From: Nemertoderma westbladi
Taxonomy: Eukaryota; Animalia; Xenacoelomorpha
Length of the DNA: 64,000 nucleotides
NCBI GenBank assembly: GCA_032718475.1
Contig: JAUCBJ010009051.1
Coordinates: forward strand, 1 to 64,000
Reading direction: 5' to 3'
Of this stretch, positions 1-14,400 are shown one piece after another. Below the pieces are notes generated by a model, which ran no database searches, was not told where the DNA came from, and saw only the letters and a list, made by a program, of their open reading frames with translations. Numbering within the stretch: the stretch's first letter is position 1; each line of letters begins with the position of its first letter. Both the position numbers and the translations under genes were made by a program.

Positions 1-256
1 CGTTCTAATGATATCTAAATCTCATTCCAAAGACGAAAAATAAACCTGACGGAGGTGTCTAAATATTGCGAAATATACGATTTTTAACGGCTTGTTGTAT
101 CGCAATAGCTCATAAATTAAAAAATCCGGCCAGGCCACCAGTAAGAAAAGGTATCGATCTATCATCATACCAAATTTCGTAGCATTTTATTGAGATTTGA
201 AAAGAATTAGGGGGTGGGGGGCTCCGACCCCCTAAAAATGGTTGTTGTATTAAGGG
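1..256. mobile_element. Right end of a non-autonomous TTAA-targeting (piggyBac-like) DNA transposon, cut by the window edge
   Basis: Ends ...gtattaAGGG followed by TTAA (257-260), preceded by a G-rich subterminal block (ggggtggggggctccgacccc). Same terminal style as the TTAA|CCCT start at 57767-57774. The other end is not in the window. Confidence 0.4.
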
Positions 257-299
257 TTAAGGTGTATATCATTAAAATTGTGGTTTCAAACAAAACATA

Positions 300-552
300 G
301 CTAACCACAAAAGGCAATGCTTCATTTATCTGCTAGCCACAAAAAGGCACTTATTCTTTTGTACACTAACCACAAAAGGCACTTCTTCTTTTGTCTGCTA
401 ACCACAAAAAGCACTGCTTCTTTTGGTTGATAACCATAATAGGCATTACTTATTTTGGTTGCTAACCACAAAAGGCACTTATTATTACTATTTCTTTTGT
501 CTGCTAATCACAAAATGCACTTAATTCTGTTGCCTGCTAATCACAAAAGGCA
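300..552. repeat. Degenerate ~32-bp minisatellite, about 8 copies
   Basis: Recurring gctaaccacaaaaggcacttcttcttttgtct with substitutions and indels. Confidence 0.75.
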
Positions 553-1877
553 TAGCTTCAAAGGTATTTATTTATATTTTCATTAGCAAAATAAGCTGTC
601 AAGCTAGACATTTTTGATAGAGTAGATAGAATGTAAGGCTAGCCTTTGTGACATACTAAATACCTTCCTTACATTGGTTCTTATCAGTGATTGGGGAATC
701 TTACAGGCAACATGAAACCACATCGGAATTTAAAGAGGAGAAAGCCTGACTGTAAAGATTAATAACACCTGCAGACGGGGGATTCCCTGATCCTGGATTG
801 GTACTATATTATATGAGGTTATTAATTCCACAGCCAGAACAACATTATTTAAAAGCACAATATTAAATTTATATCTTATCGCTATGCTTTAATGTAAACG
901 TAGGGGTAGAAATGTATTTCATACATTATTAATTATTACTTATTATTAATAATAAAATATTTAATTAATTAAATTCAACTCAACGCGCGCTAAAGGGGCA
1001 TCACCGATCCAGTCGGCATTTAAATTAAATGAAATGAAATCATAATGTTAAAATGAATAAAATGACACATAGATAAAAATCAAGGCACAAAGTAAATACA
1101 GAAACATAATAATAAAAAGAGAATACAAGCTAGATATAGTAGAAGGAGCCTGATTTTAATTGCAGCCCATCAATTCAACATAATAAATAATATTGAGTCG
1201 TAAAAGAGAACCTGTTGGAAAACCTATGTGTGGAAAACAGAATGGGTTCGAATAGGTAGAAATATCACGGAGCAAGGACGGCATACTAGGACGGCATACG
1301 TTTTGCAGTGAAAATGATTTAATGTTAGCTATGCTGGTGCAGTTTTATATTTAACTTTGGTTTTATATATTCTGCAACAGTTTAAACTATTATTTACTAT
1401 TATGAATTTGTTTATTATTTTTATTATTTTGTTTTAATGTTAGCTATTACTTTTGAAAATAAATATGGTTCGAGAACAAATATTTTTCGGATTATTTTTT
1501 TTAGCATGGTTCATGTCATAAGAAACAATATTCACTTAACAAACGACGCATTGAACAATCTTGGTGTTAACACCTCATTGCCCAAACCCAACACCACCCT
1601 ACAAGTATCACTGGTGATTCATGCGTCCCACTGCTAACAGAGAACTGATCAGTTTGTGTATATGGGGTGACCACATAATGACATTCCTGTGATATTATGC
1701 TATATAAATATAAAATATATATAACACTGACTTGATATAAAATATAAATATAAATATTTTAATTATTATAATTATTATTATATTAGCATGGCTACGGTGG
1801 CCCATAGATTTCATAACAAAAACTCAATACTCATCTATGGAAAGTGAAATGTGGAGAACCTATCTTTGTCGAAGCGA

Positions 1878-1890
1878 CGCCCCCTAGTGG
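1878..1890 (-). promoter_or_regulatory. CTCF-like core motif CCACTAGGGGGCG
   Basis: Plus strand cgccccctagtgg; its reverse complement matches the bilaterian CTCF core consensus. Motif match only. Confidence 0.3.
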
Positions 1891-2430
1891 TGTGGCTGAT
1901 ACATACACAAACTACGTAACTAATCTATTTCAAACTATTAGGTCGTCTTGTCAAATGTCATTTTGGCATATTATATCCCGATACCTTAAGCCTTAACATG
2001 CTGCAGGCCATGCTGATAAGCAACAATTTGTTCGACTTTTGCTCGGTAGGCGATCAGATTGTTTGCACAATGTCACCTTCAGACAACAATTCAGACAATA
2101 TTATGCTTTGGGATTATAATACTACCGGCAATATAAATGATTACAATTACACCGAACCGTAAATGGGTTGCATTCAATAAATTAAACAATTTAAACCACA
2201 CTTAAAGAATAAAATTCATGAAGTTGATACTGACAATAAGTGGAATTAATTTCATTAATATTTGACTAATATTTCACAAACAACGCTAAAGTATGAAATA
2301 GAATACTGGTATCAGTGGTATCTTGTTTAGTTAGTGTTAGAATTAATTATAGAGTTAGGTTTATTGTGTACTATGTAATACCTTTTCGGCAACAAATGAA
2401 TCTCATAATTTTCAATAGTGAGAACTAATT

Positions 2431-5400
2431 GACAGTCATGTTTTATAAGTCAGTGTTAGAGACTATATTGCTTGAGGCATTCATACTGCACGACAGACAT
2501 GTTTTATAAGTCAGTGTTAGAGACTATATTGCTTGAGGCATTCATACTGCACGACAGACATGTTTAGTGAGTCAGTGTTAGAGACTATATTGCTTGAGGC
2601 ATTCATACTGCACGACAGACATGTTTAGTGAGTCAGTGTTAGAGACTATATTGCTTGAGGCATTCATACTGCACGACAGTCATGTTTTATAAGTCAGTGT
2701 TAGAGACTATATTGCTTGAGGCATTCATACTGCACGACAGACATGTTTAGTGAGTCAGTGTTAGAGACTATATTGCTTGAGGCATTCATACTGCACGACA
2801 GTCATGTTTTATAAGTCTGTGTTAGAGACTATATTGCTGGAGACATTCATACTGCACGACAGACATGTTTAGTGAGTCAGTGTTAGAGACTATATTGCTT
2901 GAGGCATTCATACTGCACGACAGTCATGTTTTATAAGTCTGTGTTAGAGACTATATTGCTGGAGACATTCATACTGCACGACAGACATGTTTAGTGAGTC
3001 AGTGTTAGAGACTATATTGCTTGAGGCATTCATACTGCACGACAGACATGTTTAGTGAGTCAGTGTTAGAGACTATATTGCTGGAGGCATTCATACTGCA
3101 CGACAGACATGTTTAGTGAGTCAGTGTTAGAGACGATATTGCTTGAGGCATTCATACTGCACGACAGTCATGTTTTATAAGTCAGTGTTAGAGACTATAT
3201 TGCTGGAGACATTCATACTGCACGACAGACATGTTTTATAAGTCAGTGTTAGAGACTATATTGCGGGAGGCATTCATACTGCACGACATACATGTTTAGT
3301 AAGTCAGTGTTAGAGACTATATTGCTTGAGGCATTCATACTGCACGACAGACATGTTTTATAAGTCAGTGTTAGAGACTATATTGCTTGAGGCATTCATA
3401 CTGCACGACAGACATGTTTAGTAAGTCAGTGTTAGAGACTATATTGCTGGAGACATTCATACTGCACGACATACATGTTTTATAAGTCTGTGTTAGAGAC
3501 TATATTGCTGGAGACATTCATACTGCACGACAGACATGTTTAGTGAGTCAGTGTTAGAGACTATATTGCTTGAGGCATTCATACTGCACGACAGACATGT
3601 TTAGTGAGTCAGTGTTAGAGACTATATTGCTTGAGGCATTCATACTGCACGACAGACATGTTTAGTGAGTCAGTGTTAGAGACTATATTGCTTGAGGCAT
3701 TCATACTGCACGACAGACATGTTTAGTGAGTCAGTGTTAGAGACGATATTGCTTGAGGCATTCATACTGCACGACAGTCATGTTTTATAAGTCAGTGTTA
3801 GAGACTATATTGCTGGAGACATTCATACTGCACGACAGACATGTTTTATAAGTCAGTGTTAGAGACTATATTGCGGGAGGCATTCATACTGCACGACATA
3901 CATGTTTAGTAAGTCAGTGTTAGAGACTATATTGCTTGAGGCATTCATACTGCACGACAGACATGTTTTATAAGTCAGTGTTAGAGACTATATTGCTTGA
4001 GGCATTCATACTGCACGACAGACATGTTTAGTAAGTCAGTGTTAGAGACTATATTGCTTGAGGCATTCATACTGCGCGACAAACATGTTTAGTAAGTCTG
4101 TGTTAGAGACTATATTGCTTGAGGCATTCATACTGCACGACAGACATGTTTAGTAAGTCAGTGTTAGAGACTATATTGCTTGAGGCATTCATACTGCACG
4201 ACTGTCATGTTTTATAAGTCAGTGTTAGAGACTATATTGCTTGAGGCATTCATACTGCACGACTGTCATGTTTTATAAGTCAGTGTTAGAGACTATATTG
4301 CTTGAGGCATTCATACTGCACGACAGTCATGTTTAGTAAGTCTGTGTTAGAGACTATATTGCGGGAGGCATTCATACTGCACGACAGTCATGTTTTATAA
4401 GTCAGTGTTAGAGACTATATTGCTTGAGGCATTCATACTGCACGACAGACATGTTTAGTAAGTCTGTGTTAGATACTATATTGCGGGAGGCACACAGACA
4501 TGTTTTATAAGTCAGTGTTAGAGACTATATTGCTTGAGACATTCATACTGCACGACAGACATGTTTAGTAAGTCAGTGTTAGAGACTATATTGCTTGAGG
4601 CATTCATACTGCACGACAGACATGTTTAGTAAGTCAGTGTTAGAGACTATATTGCGGGAGGCACACAGACATGTTTTATAAGTCAGTGTTAGAGACTATA
4701 TTGCTTGAGACATTCATACTGCACGACAGACATGTTTAGTAAGTCAGTGTTAGAGACTATATTGCTTGAGGCATTCATACTGCACGACAGACATGTTTAG
4801 TAAGTCTGTGTTAGAGACTATATTGCGGGAGGCACACAGACATGTTTTATAAGTCAGTGTTAGAGACTATATTGCTTGAGACATTCATACTGCACGACAG
4901 ACATGTTTAGTAAGTCAGTGTTAGAGACTATATTGCTTGAGGCATTCATACTGCACGACAGACATGTTTAGTAAGTCTGTGTTAGAGACTATATTGCTTG
5001 AGGCATTCATACTGCACGACAGACATGTTTAGTAAGTCAGTGTTAGAGACTATATTGCGGGAGGCACACAGACATGTTTTATAAGTCAGTGTTAGAGACT
5101 ATATTGCTTGAGACATTCATACTGCACGACAGACATGTTTTATAAGTCAGTGTTAGAGACTATATTGCTTGAGGCATTCATACTGCACGACAGACATGTT
5201 TAGTAAGTCAGTGTTAGAGACTATATTGCGGGAGGCACACAGACATGTTTTATAAGTCAGTGTTAGAGACTATATTGCTTGAGACATTCATACTGCACGA
5301 CAGACATGTTTAGTAAGTCAGTGTTAGAGACTATATTGCTTGAGGCATTCATACTGCACGACAGACATGTTTAGTAAGTCTGTGTTAGAGACTATATTGC

Positions 5401-8400
5401 TTGAGGCATTCATACTGCACGACAGACATGTTTAGTAAGTCAGTGTTAGAGACTATATTGCTTGAGGCATTCATACTGCACGACAGACATGTTTAGTAAG
5501 TCAGTGTTAGAGACTATATTGCTTGAGGCATTCATACTGCACGACAGACATGTTTAGTAAGTCAGTGTTAGAGACTATATTGCTTGAGGCATTCATACTG
5601 CACGACAGACATGTTTAGTAAGTCAGTGTTAGAGACTATATTGCTGGAGGCATTCATACTGCACGACAGACATGTTTAGTAAGTCAGTGTTAGAGACTAT
5701 ATTGCGGGAGGCACACAGACATGTTTTATAAGTCAGTGTTAGAGACTATATTGCTTGAGACATTCATACTGCACGACAGACATGTTTAGTAAGTCAGTGT
5801 TAGAGACTATATTGCTTGAGGCATTCATACTGCACGACAGACATGTTTAGTAAGTCTGTGTTAGAGACTATATTGCTTGAGGCATTCATACTGCACGACA
5901 GACATGTTTAGTAAGTCAGTGTTAGAGACTATATTGCTTGAGGCATTCATACTGCACGACAGACATGTTTAGTAAGTCAGTGTTAGAGACTATATTGCTT
6001 GAGGCATTCATACTGCACGACATACATGTTTAGTGAGTCAATGTGAGAAACTATATTGCTTGAGGCATTCATACTGCACGACATACATGTTTAGTGAGTC
6101 AATGTGAGAAACTATATTGCTTGAGGCATTCATACTGCACGACAGACATGTTTAGTAAGTCAGTGTTAGAGACTATATTGCTTGAGGCATTCATACTGCA
6201 CGACAGACATGTTTAGTAAGTCAGTGTTAGAGACTATATTGCTTGAGGCATTCATACTGCACGACAGACATGTTTAGTAAGTCAGTGTTAGAGACTATAT
6301 TGCTTGAGGCATTCATACTGCACGACAGACATGTTTAGTAAGTCAGTGTTAGAGACTATATTGCTTGAGGCATTCATACTGCACGACAGACATGTTTAGT
6401 AAGTCAGTGTTAGAGACTATATTGCTTGAGGCATTCATACTGCACGACAGACATGTTTTATAAGTCAGTGTTAGAGACTATATTGCTGGAGACATTCATA
6501 CTGCACGACAGACATGTTTTATAAGTCAGTGTTAGAGACTATATTGCGGGAGGCATTCATACTGCACGACATACATGTTTAGTAAGTCAGTGTTAGAGAC
6601 TATATTGCGGGAGGCACACAGACATGTTTTATAAGTCAGTGTTAGAGACTATATTGCTTGAGACATTCATACTGCACGACAGACATGTTTAGTAAGTCAG
6701 TGTTAGAGACTATATTGCTTGAGGCATTCATACTGCACGACAGACATGTTTAGTAAGTCAGTGTTAGAGACTATATTGCGGGAGGCACACAGACATGTTT
6801 TATAAGTCAGTGTTAGAGACTATATTGCTTGAGACATTCATACTGCACGACAGACATGTTTAGTAAGTCAGTGTTAGAGACTATATTGCTTGAGGCATTC
6901 ATACTGCACGACAGACATGTTTAGTAAGTCTGTGTTAGAGACTATATTGCGGGAGGCACACAGACATGTTTTATAAGTCAGTGTTAGAGACTATATTGCT
7001 TGAGACATTCATACTGCACGACAGACATGTTTAGTAAGTCAGTGTTAGAGACTATATTGCTTGAGGCATTCATACTGCACGACAGACATGTTTAGTAAGT
7101 CTGTGTTAGAGACTATATTGCTTGAGGCATTCATACTGCACGACAGACATGTTTAGTAAGTCAGTGTTAGAGACTATATTGCGGGAGGCACACAGACATG
7201 TTTTATAAGTCAGTGTTAGAGACTATATTGCTTGAGACATTCATACTGCACGACAGACATGTTTAGTAAGTCAGTGTTAGAGACTATATTGCTTGAGGCA
7301 TTCATACTGCACGACAGACATGTTTAGTAAGTCTGTGTTAGAGACTATATTGCTTGAGGCATTCATACTGCACGACAGACATGTTTAGTAAGTCAGTGTT
7401 AGAGACTATATTGCTTGAGGCATTCATACTGCACGACAGACATGTTTAGTAAGTCAGTGTTAGAGACTATATTGCTTGAGGCATTCATACTGCACGACAG
7501 ACATGTTTAGTAAGTCAGTGTTAGAGACTATATTGCTTGAGGCATTCATACTGCACGACAGACATGTTTAGTAAGTCAGTGTTAGAGACTATATTGCTGG
7601 AGGCATTCATACTGCACGACAGACATGTTTAGTAAGTCAGTGTTAGAGACTATATTGCGGGAGGCACACAGACATGTTTTATAAGTCAGTGTTAGAGACT
7701 ATATTGCTTGAGACATTCATACTGCACGACAGACATGTTTAGTAAGTCAGTGTTAGAGACTATATTGCTTGAGGCATTCATACTGCACGACAGACATGTT
7801 TAGTAAGTCTGTGTTAGAGACTATATTGCTTGAGGCATTCATACTGCACGACAGACATGTTTAGTAAGTCAGTGTTAGAGACTATATTGCTTGAGGCATT
7901 CATACTGCACGACAGACATGTTTAGTAAGTCAGTGTTAGAGACTATATTGCTTGAGGCATTCATACTGCACGACATACATGTTTAGTGAGTCAATGTGAG
8001 AAACTATATTGCTTGAGGCATTCATACTGCACGACATACATGTTTAGTGAGTCAATGTGAGAAACTATATTGCTTGAGGCATTCATACTGCACGACAGAC
8101 ATGTTTAGTAAGTCAGTGTTAGAGACTATATTGCTTGAGGCATTCATACTGCACGACAGACATGTTTAGTAAGTCAGTGTTAGAGACTATATTGCTTGAG
8201 GCATTCATACTGCACGACAGACATGTTTAGTAAGTCAGTGTTAGAGACTATATTGCTTGAGGCATTCATACTGCACGACAGACATGTTTAGTAAGTCAGT
8301 GTTAGAGACTATATTGCTTGAGGCATTCATACTGCACGACAGACATGTTTAGTAAGTCAGTGTTAGAGACTATATTGCTTGAGGCATTCATACTGCACGA

Positions 8401-11400
8401 CAGACATGTTTTATAAGTCAGTGTTAGAGACTATATTGCTGGAGACATTCATACTGCACGACAGACATGTTTTATAAGTCAGTGTTAGAGACTATATTGC
8501 GGGAGGCATTCATACTGCACGACATACATGTTTAGTAAGTCAGTGTTAGAGACTATATTGCTTGAGGCATTCATACTGCACGACAGACATGTTTAGTAAG
8601 TCAGTGTTAGAGACTATATTGCTTGAGGCATTCATACTGCACGACAGACATGTTTAGTAAGTCAGTGTTAGAGACTATATTGCTTGAGGCATTCATACTG
8701 CACGACAGACATGTTTAGTAAGTCAGTGTTAGAGACTATATTGCTTGAGGCATTCATACTGCACGACAGACATGTTTAGTGAGTCAGTGTTAGAGACTAT
8801 ATTGCTTGAGGCATTCATACTGCACGACATACATGTTTAGTGAGTCAGTGTTAGAGACTATATTGCTTGAGGCATTCATACTGCACGACAGACATGTTTA
8901 GTAAGTCAGTGTTAGAGACTATATTGCTTGAGGCATTCATACTGCACGACAGACATGTTTAGTAAGTCAGTGTTAGAGACTATATTGCTTGAGGCATTCA
9001 TACTGCACGACAGACATGTTTAGTAAGTCAGTGTTAGAGACTATATTGCTTGAGGCATTCATACTGCACGACATACATGTTTAGTGAGTCAATGTGAGAA
9101 ACTATATTGCTTGAGGCATTCATACTGCACGACAGACATGTTTAGTAAGTCAGTGTTAGAGACTATATTGCTTGAGGCATTCATACTGCACGACATACAT
9201 GTTTAGTGAGTCAATGTGAGAAACTATATTGCTTGAGGCATTCATACTGCACGACAGACATGTTTAGTAAGTCAGTGTTAGAGACTATATTGCTTGAGGC
9301 ATTCATACTGCACGACAGACATGTTTAGTAAGTCAGTGTTAGAGACTATATTGCTTGAGGCATTCATACTGCACGACAGACATGTTTAGTAAGTCAGTGT
9401 TAGAGACTATATTGATTGAGGCATTCATACTGCACGACATACATGTTTAGTGAGTCAATGTGAGAAACTATATTGCTTGAGGCATTCATACTGCACGACA
9501 GACATGTTTAGTAAGTCAGTGTTAGAGACTATATTGCTTGAGGCATTCATACTGCACGACATACATGTTTAGTGAGTCAATGTGAGAAACTATATTGCTT
9601 GAGGCATTCATACTGCACGACAGACATGTTTAGTAAGTCAGTGTTAGAGACTATATTGCTTGAGGCATTCATACTGCACGACAGACATGTTTAGTAAGTC
9701 AGTGTTAGAGACTATATTGCTTGAGGCATTCATACTGCACGACAGACATGTTTAGTAAGTCAGTGTTAGAGACTATATTGCGGGAGGCACACAGACATGT
9801 TTAGTAAGTCAGTGTTAGAAACTATATTGCTTGAGGCATTCATACTGCACGACATACATGTTTAGTGAGTCAATGTGAGAAACTATATTGCTTGAGGCAT
9901 TCATACTGCACGACAGTCATGTTTTATAAGTCAGTGTTAGAGACTATATTGCTTGAGGCATTCATACTGCACGACAGTCATGTTTTATAAGTCAGTGTTA
10001 GAGACTATATTGCTTGAGGCATTCATACTGCACGACATACATGTTTAGTGAGTCAATGTGAGAGACTATATTGCTTGAGGCACTGCACGACATACATGTT
10101 TAGTGAGTCAATGTGAGAAACTATATTGCTTGAGGCATTCATACTGCACGACAGTCATGTTTTATAAGTCAGTGTTAGAGACTATATTGCTTGAGGCATT
10201 CATACTGCACGACAGTCATGTTTTATAAGTCAGTGTTAGAGACTATATTGCTTGAGGCATTCATACTGCACGACAGACATGTTTTATAAGTCAGTGTTAG
10301 AGACTATATTGCGGGAGGCACACAGACATGTTTTATAAGTCAGTGTTAGATACTATATTGCGGGAGGCACATAGACATGTTTTATAAGTCAGTGTTAGAG
10401 ACTATATTGCTTGAGGCATTCATACTGCACGACAGACATGTTTAGTAAGTCAGTGTTAGAGACTATATTGCGGGAGGCACACAGACATGTTTTATAAGTC
10501 AGTGTTAGAGACTATATTGCGGGAGGCATTCATACTGCACGGCAGACATGTTTAGTAAGTCAGTGTTAGATACTATATTGCGGGAGGCACACAGACATGT
10601 TTTATAAGTCAGTGTTAGAGACTATATTGCTTGAGGCATTCATACTGCACGACAGACATGTTTAGTGAGTCAGTGTGAGAAACTATATTGCTGGAGGCAT
10701 TCATACTGCACGACAGACATGTTTAGTAAGTCAGTGTTAGAGACTATATTGCTTGAGGCATTCATACTGCACGACAGACATGTTTAGTAAGTCAGTGTTA
10801 GAGACTATATTGCGGGAGGCACACAGACATGTTTAGTAAGTCAGTGTTAGAGACTATATTGCTTGAGGCATTCATACTGCACGACAGACATGTTTAGTAA
10901 GTCAGTGTTAGAGACTATATTGCTTGAGGCATTCATACTGCACGACAGACATGTTTTATAAGTCAGTGTTAGAGACTATATTGCTTGAGGCATTCATACT
11001 GCACGACAGACATGTTTAGTAAGTAAGTGTTAGAGACTATATTGCTTGAGGCATTCATACTGCACGACAGACATGTTTAGTAAGTCAGTGTTAGAGACTA
11101 TATTGCTTGAGGCATTCATACTGCACGACAGACATGTTTTATAAGTCTGTGTTAGATACTATATTGCGGGAGGCACACAGACATGTTTTATAAGTCAGTG
11201 TTAGAGACTATATTGCGGGAGGCACACAGACATGTTTTATAAGTCAGTGTTAGAGACTATATTGCGGGAGGCACACAGACATGTTTTATAAGTCAGTGTT
11301 AGAGACTATATTGCTTGAGGCATTCATACTGCACGACAGACATGTTTAGTAAGTCAGTGTTAGAGACTATATTGCTTGAGGCATTCATACTGCACGACAG

Positions 11401-14400
11401 ACATGTTTAGTAAGTCAGTGTTAGAGACTATATTGCGGGAGGCATTCATACTGCACGACAGACATGTTTAGTAAGTCAGTGTTAGAGACTATATTGCGGG
11501 AGGCATTCATACTGCACGGCAGACATGTTTAGTAAGTCAGTGTTAGATACTATATTGCGGGAGGCACACAGACATGTTTTATAAGTCAGTGTTAGAGACT
11601 ATATTGCGGGAGGCACACAGACATGTTTTATAAGTCAGTGTTAGATACTATATTGCGGGAGGCACACAGACATGTTTTATAAGTCAGTGTTAGAGACTAT
11701 ATTGCGGGAGGCATTCATACTACACGGCAGACATGTTTAGTAAGTCAGTGTTAGAGACTATATTGCTTGAGGCATTCATACTGCACGACAGACATGTTTT
11801 ATAAGTCTGTGTTAGATACTATATTGCGGGAGGCACACAGACATGTTTTATAAGTCAGTGTTAGAGACTATATTGCGGGAGGCACACAGACATGTTTTAT
11901 AAGTCAGTGTTAGAGACTATATTGCGGGAGGCACACAGACATGTTTTATAAGTCTGTGTTAGATACTATATTGCGGGAGGCACACAGACATGTTTTATAA
12001 GTCAGTGTTAGAGACTATATTGCGGGAGGCACACAGACATGTTTTATAAGTCAGTGTTAGAGACTATATTGCGGGAGGCACACAGACATGTTTTATAAGT
12101 CAGTGTTAGATACTATATTGCGGGAGGCACATAGACATGTTTTATAAGTCAGTGTTAGAGACTATATTGCTTGAGGCATTCATACTGCACGACAGACATG
12201 TTTAGTAAGTCAGTGTTAGAGACTATATTGCTTGAGGCATTCATACTGCACGACATACATGTTTAGTGAGTCAGTGTTAGAAACTATATTGCTGGAGGCA
12301 TTCATACTGCACGACAGACATGTTTAGTAAGTCAGTGTTAGAGACTATATTGCGGGAGGCACACAGACATGTTTTATAAGTCAGTGTTAGAGACTATATT
12401 GCGGGAGGCACACAGACATGTTTTATAAGTCAGTGTTAGAGACTATATTGCGGGAGGCATTCATACTGCACGGCAGACATGTTTAGTAAGTCAGTGTTAG
12501 ATACTATATTGCGGGAGGCACACAGACATGTTTTATAAGTCAGTGTTAGAGACTATATTGCTTGAGGCATTCATACTGCACGACATACATGTTTAGTGAG
12601 TCAATGTGAGAAACTATATTGCTGGAGGCATTCATACTGCACGACAGACATGTTTAGTAAGTCAGTGTTAGAGACTATATTGCTTGAGGCATTCATACTG
12701 CACGACAGTCATGTTTTATAAGTCAGTGTTAGAGACTATATTGCTTGAGGCATTCATACTGCACGACAGACATGTTTTATAAGTCAGTGTTAGAGACTAT
12801 ATTGCTTGAGGCATTCATACTGCACGACAGACATGTTTAGTAAGTCAGTGTTAGAGACTATATTGCTTGAGGCATTCATACTGCACGACAGACATGTTTA
12901 GTGAGTCAGTGTGAGAAACTATATTGCTGGAGGCATTCATACTGCACGACAGACATGTTTAGTAAGTCAGTGTTAGAGACTATATTGCTTGAGGCATTCA
13001 TACTGCACGACAGTCATGTTTTATAAGTCAGTGTTAGAGACTATATTGCTTGAGGCATTCATACTGCACGACAGACATGTTTTATAAGTCAGTGTTAGAG
13101 ACTATATTGCTTGAGGCATTCATACTGCACGACAGACATGTTTAGTAAGTCTGTGTTAGAGACTATATTGCTTGAGGCATTCATACTGCACGACAGACAT
13201 GTTTTATAAGTCAGTGTTAGATACTATATTGCGGGAGGCACACAGACATGTTTTATAAGTCAGTGTTAGAGACTATATTGCGGGAGGCACACAGACATGT
13301 TTTATAAGTCAGTGTTAGAGACTATATTGCGGGAGGCACACAGACATGTTTTATAAGTCTGTGTTAGATACTATATTGCGGGAGGCACACAGACATGTTT
13401 TATAAGTCAGTGTTAGAGACTATATTGCGGGAGGCACACAGACATGTTTTATAAGTCAGTGTTAGATACTATATTGCGGGAGGCACATAGACATGTTTTA
13501 TAAGTCAGTGTTAGAGACTATATTGCTTGAGGCATTCATACTGCACGACAGACATGTTTAGTAAGTCAGTGTTAGAGACTATATTGCGGGAGGCACACAG
13601 ACATGTTTTATAAGTCAGTGTTAGAGACTATATTGCGGGAGGCACACAGACATGTTTTATAAGTCAGTGTTAGAGACTATATTGCGGGAGGCATTCATAC
13701 TGCACGGCAGACATGTTTAGTAAGTCAGTGTTAGATACTATATTGCGGGAGGCACACAGACATGTTTTATAAGTCAGTGTTAGAGACTATATTGCTTGAG
13801 GCATTCATACTGCACGACAGACATGTTTAGTGAGTCAGTGTGAGAAACTATATTGCTGGAGGCATTCATACTGCACGACAGACATGTTTAGTAAGTCAGT
13901 GTTAGAGACTATATTGCTTGAGGCATTCATACTGCACGACAGACATGTTTAGTAAGTCTGTGTTAGAGACTATATTGCTTGAGGCATTCATACTGCACGA
14001 CATACATGTTTAGTAAGTCAGTGTTAGAGACTATATTGCTTGAGGCATTCATACTGCACGACAGTCATGTTTTATAAGTCAGTGTTAGAGACTATATTGC
14101 TTGAGGCATTCATACTGCACGACAGACATGTTTTATAAGTCAGTGTTAGAGACTATATTGCTTGAGGCATTCATACTGCACGACAGACATGTTTAGTAAG
14201 TCTGTGTTAGAGACTATATTGCTTGAGGCATTCATACTGCACGACAGACATGTTTAGTAAGTCAGTGTTAGAGACTATATTGCTTGAGGCATTCATACTG
14301 CACGACAGACATGTTTAGTAAGTCTGTGTTAGAGACTATATTGCTTGAGGCATTCATACTGCACGACAGTCATGTTTTATAAGTCAGTGTTAGAGACTAT

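Noticed and set aside
950-1300. Possible 3' end of an old LINE on the minus strand (FSTHRFSNRFSF plus AT-rich tail)
   Set aside because: Similarity is too short to support without a search.
664-2076. Exon-like AG...GT segments on the minus strand (664-803, about 1570-1686, 1985-2076) as possible CK2 3' exons, and ORF 1437-1637
   Set aside because: All frames contain stops and none resembles the CK2 C-terminal lobe; such segments are expected by chance.
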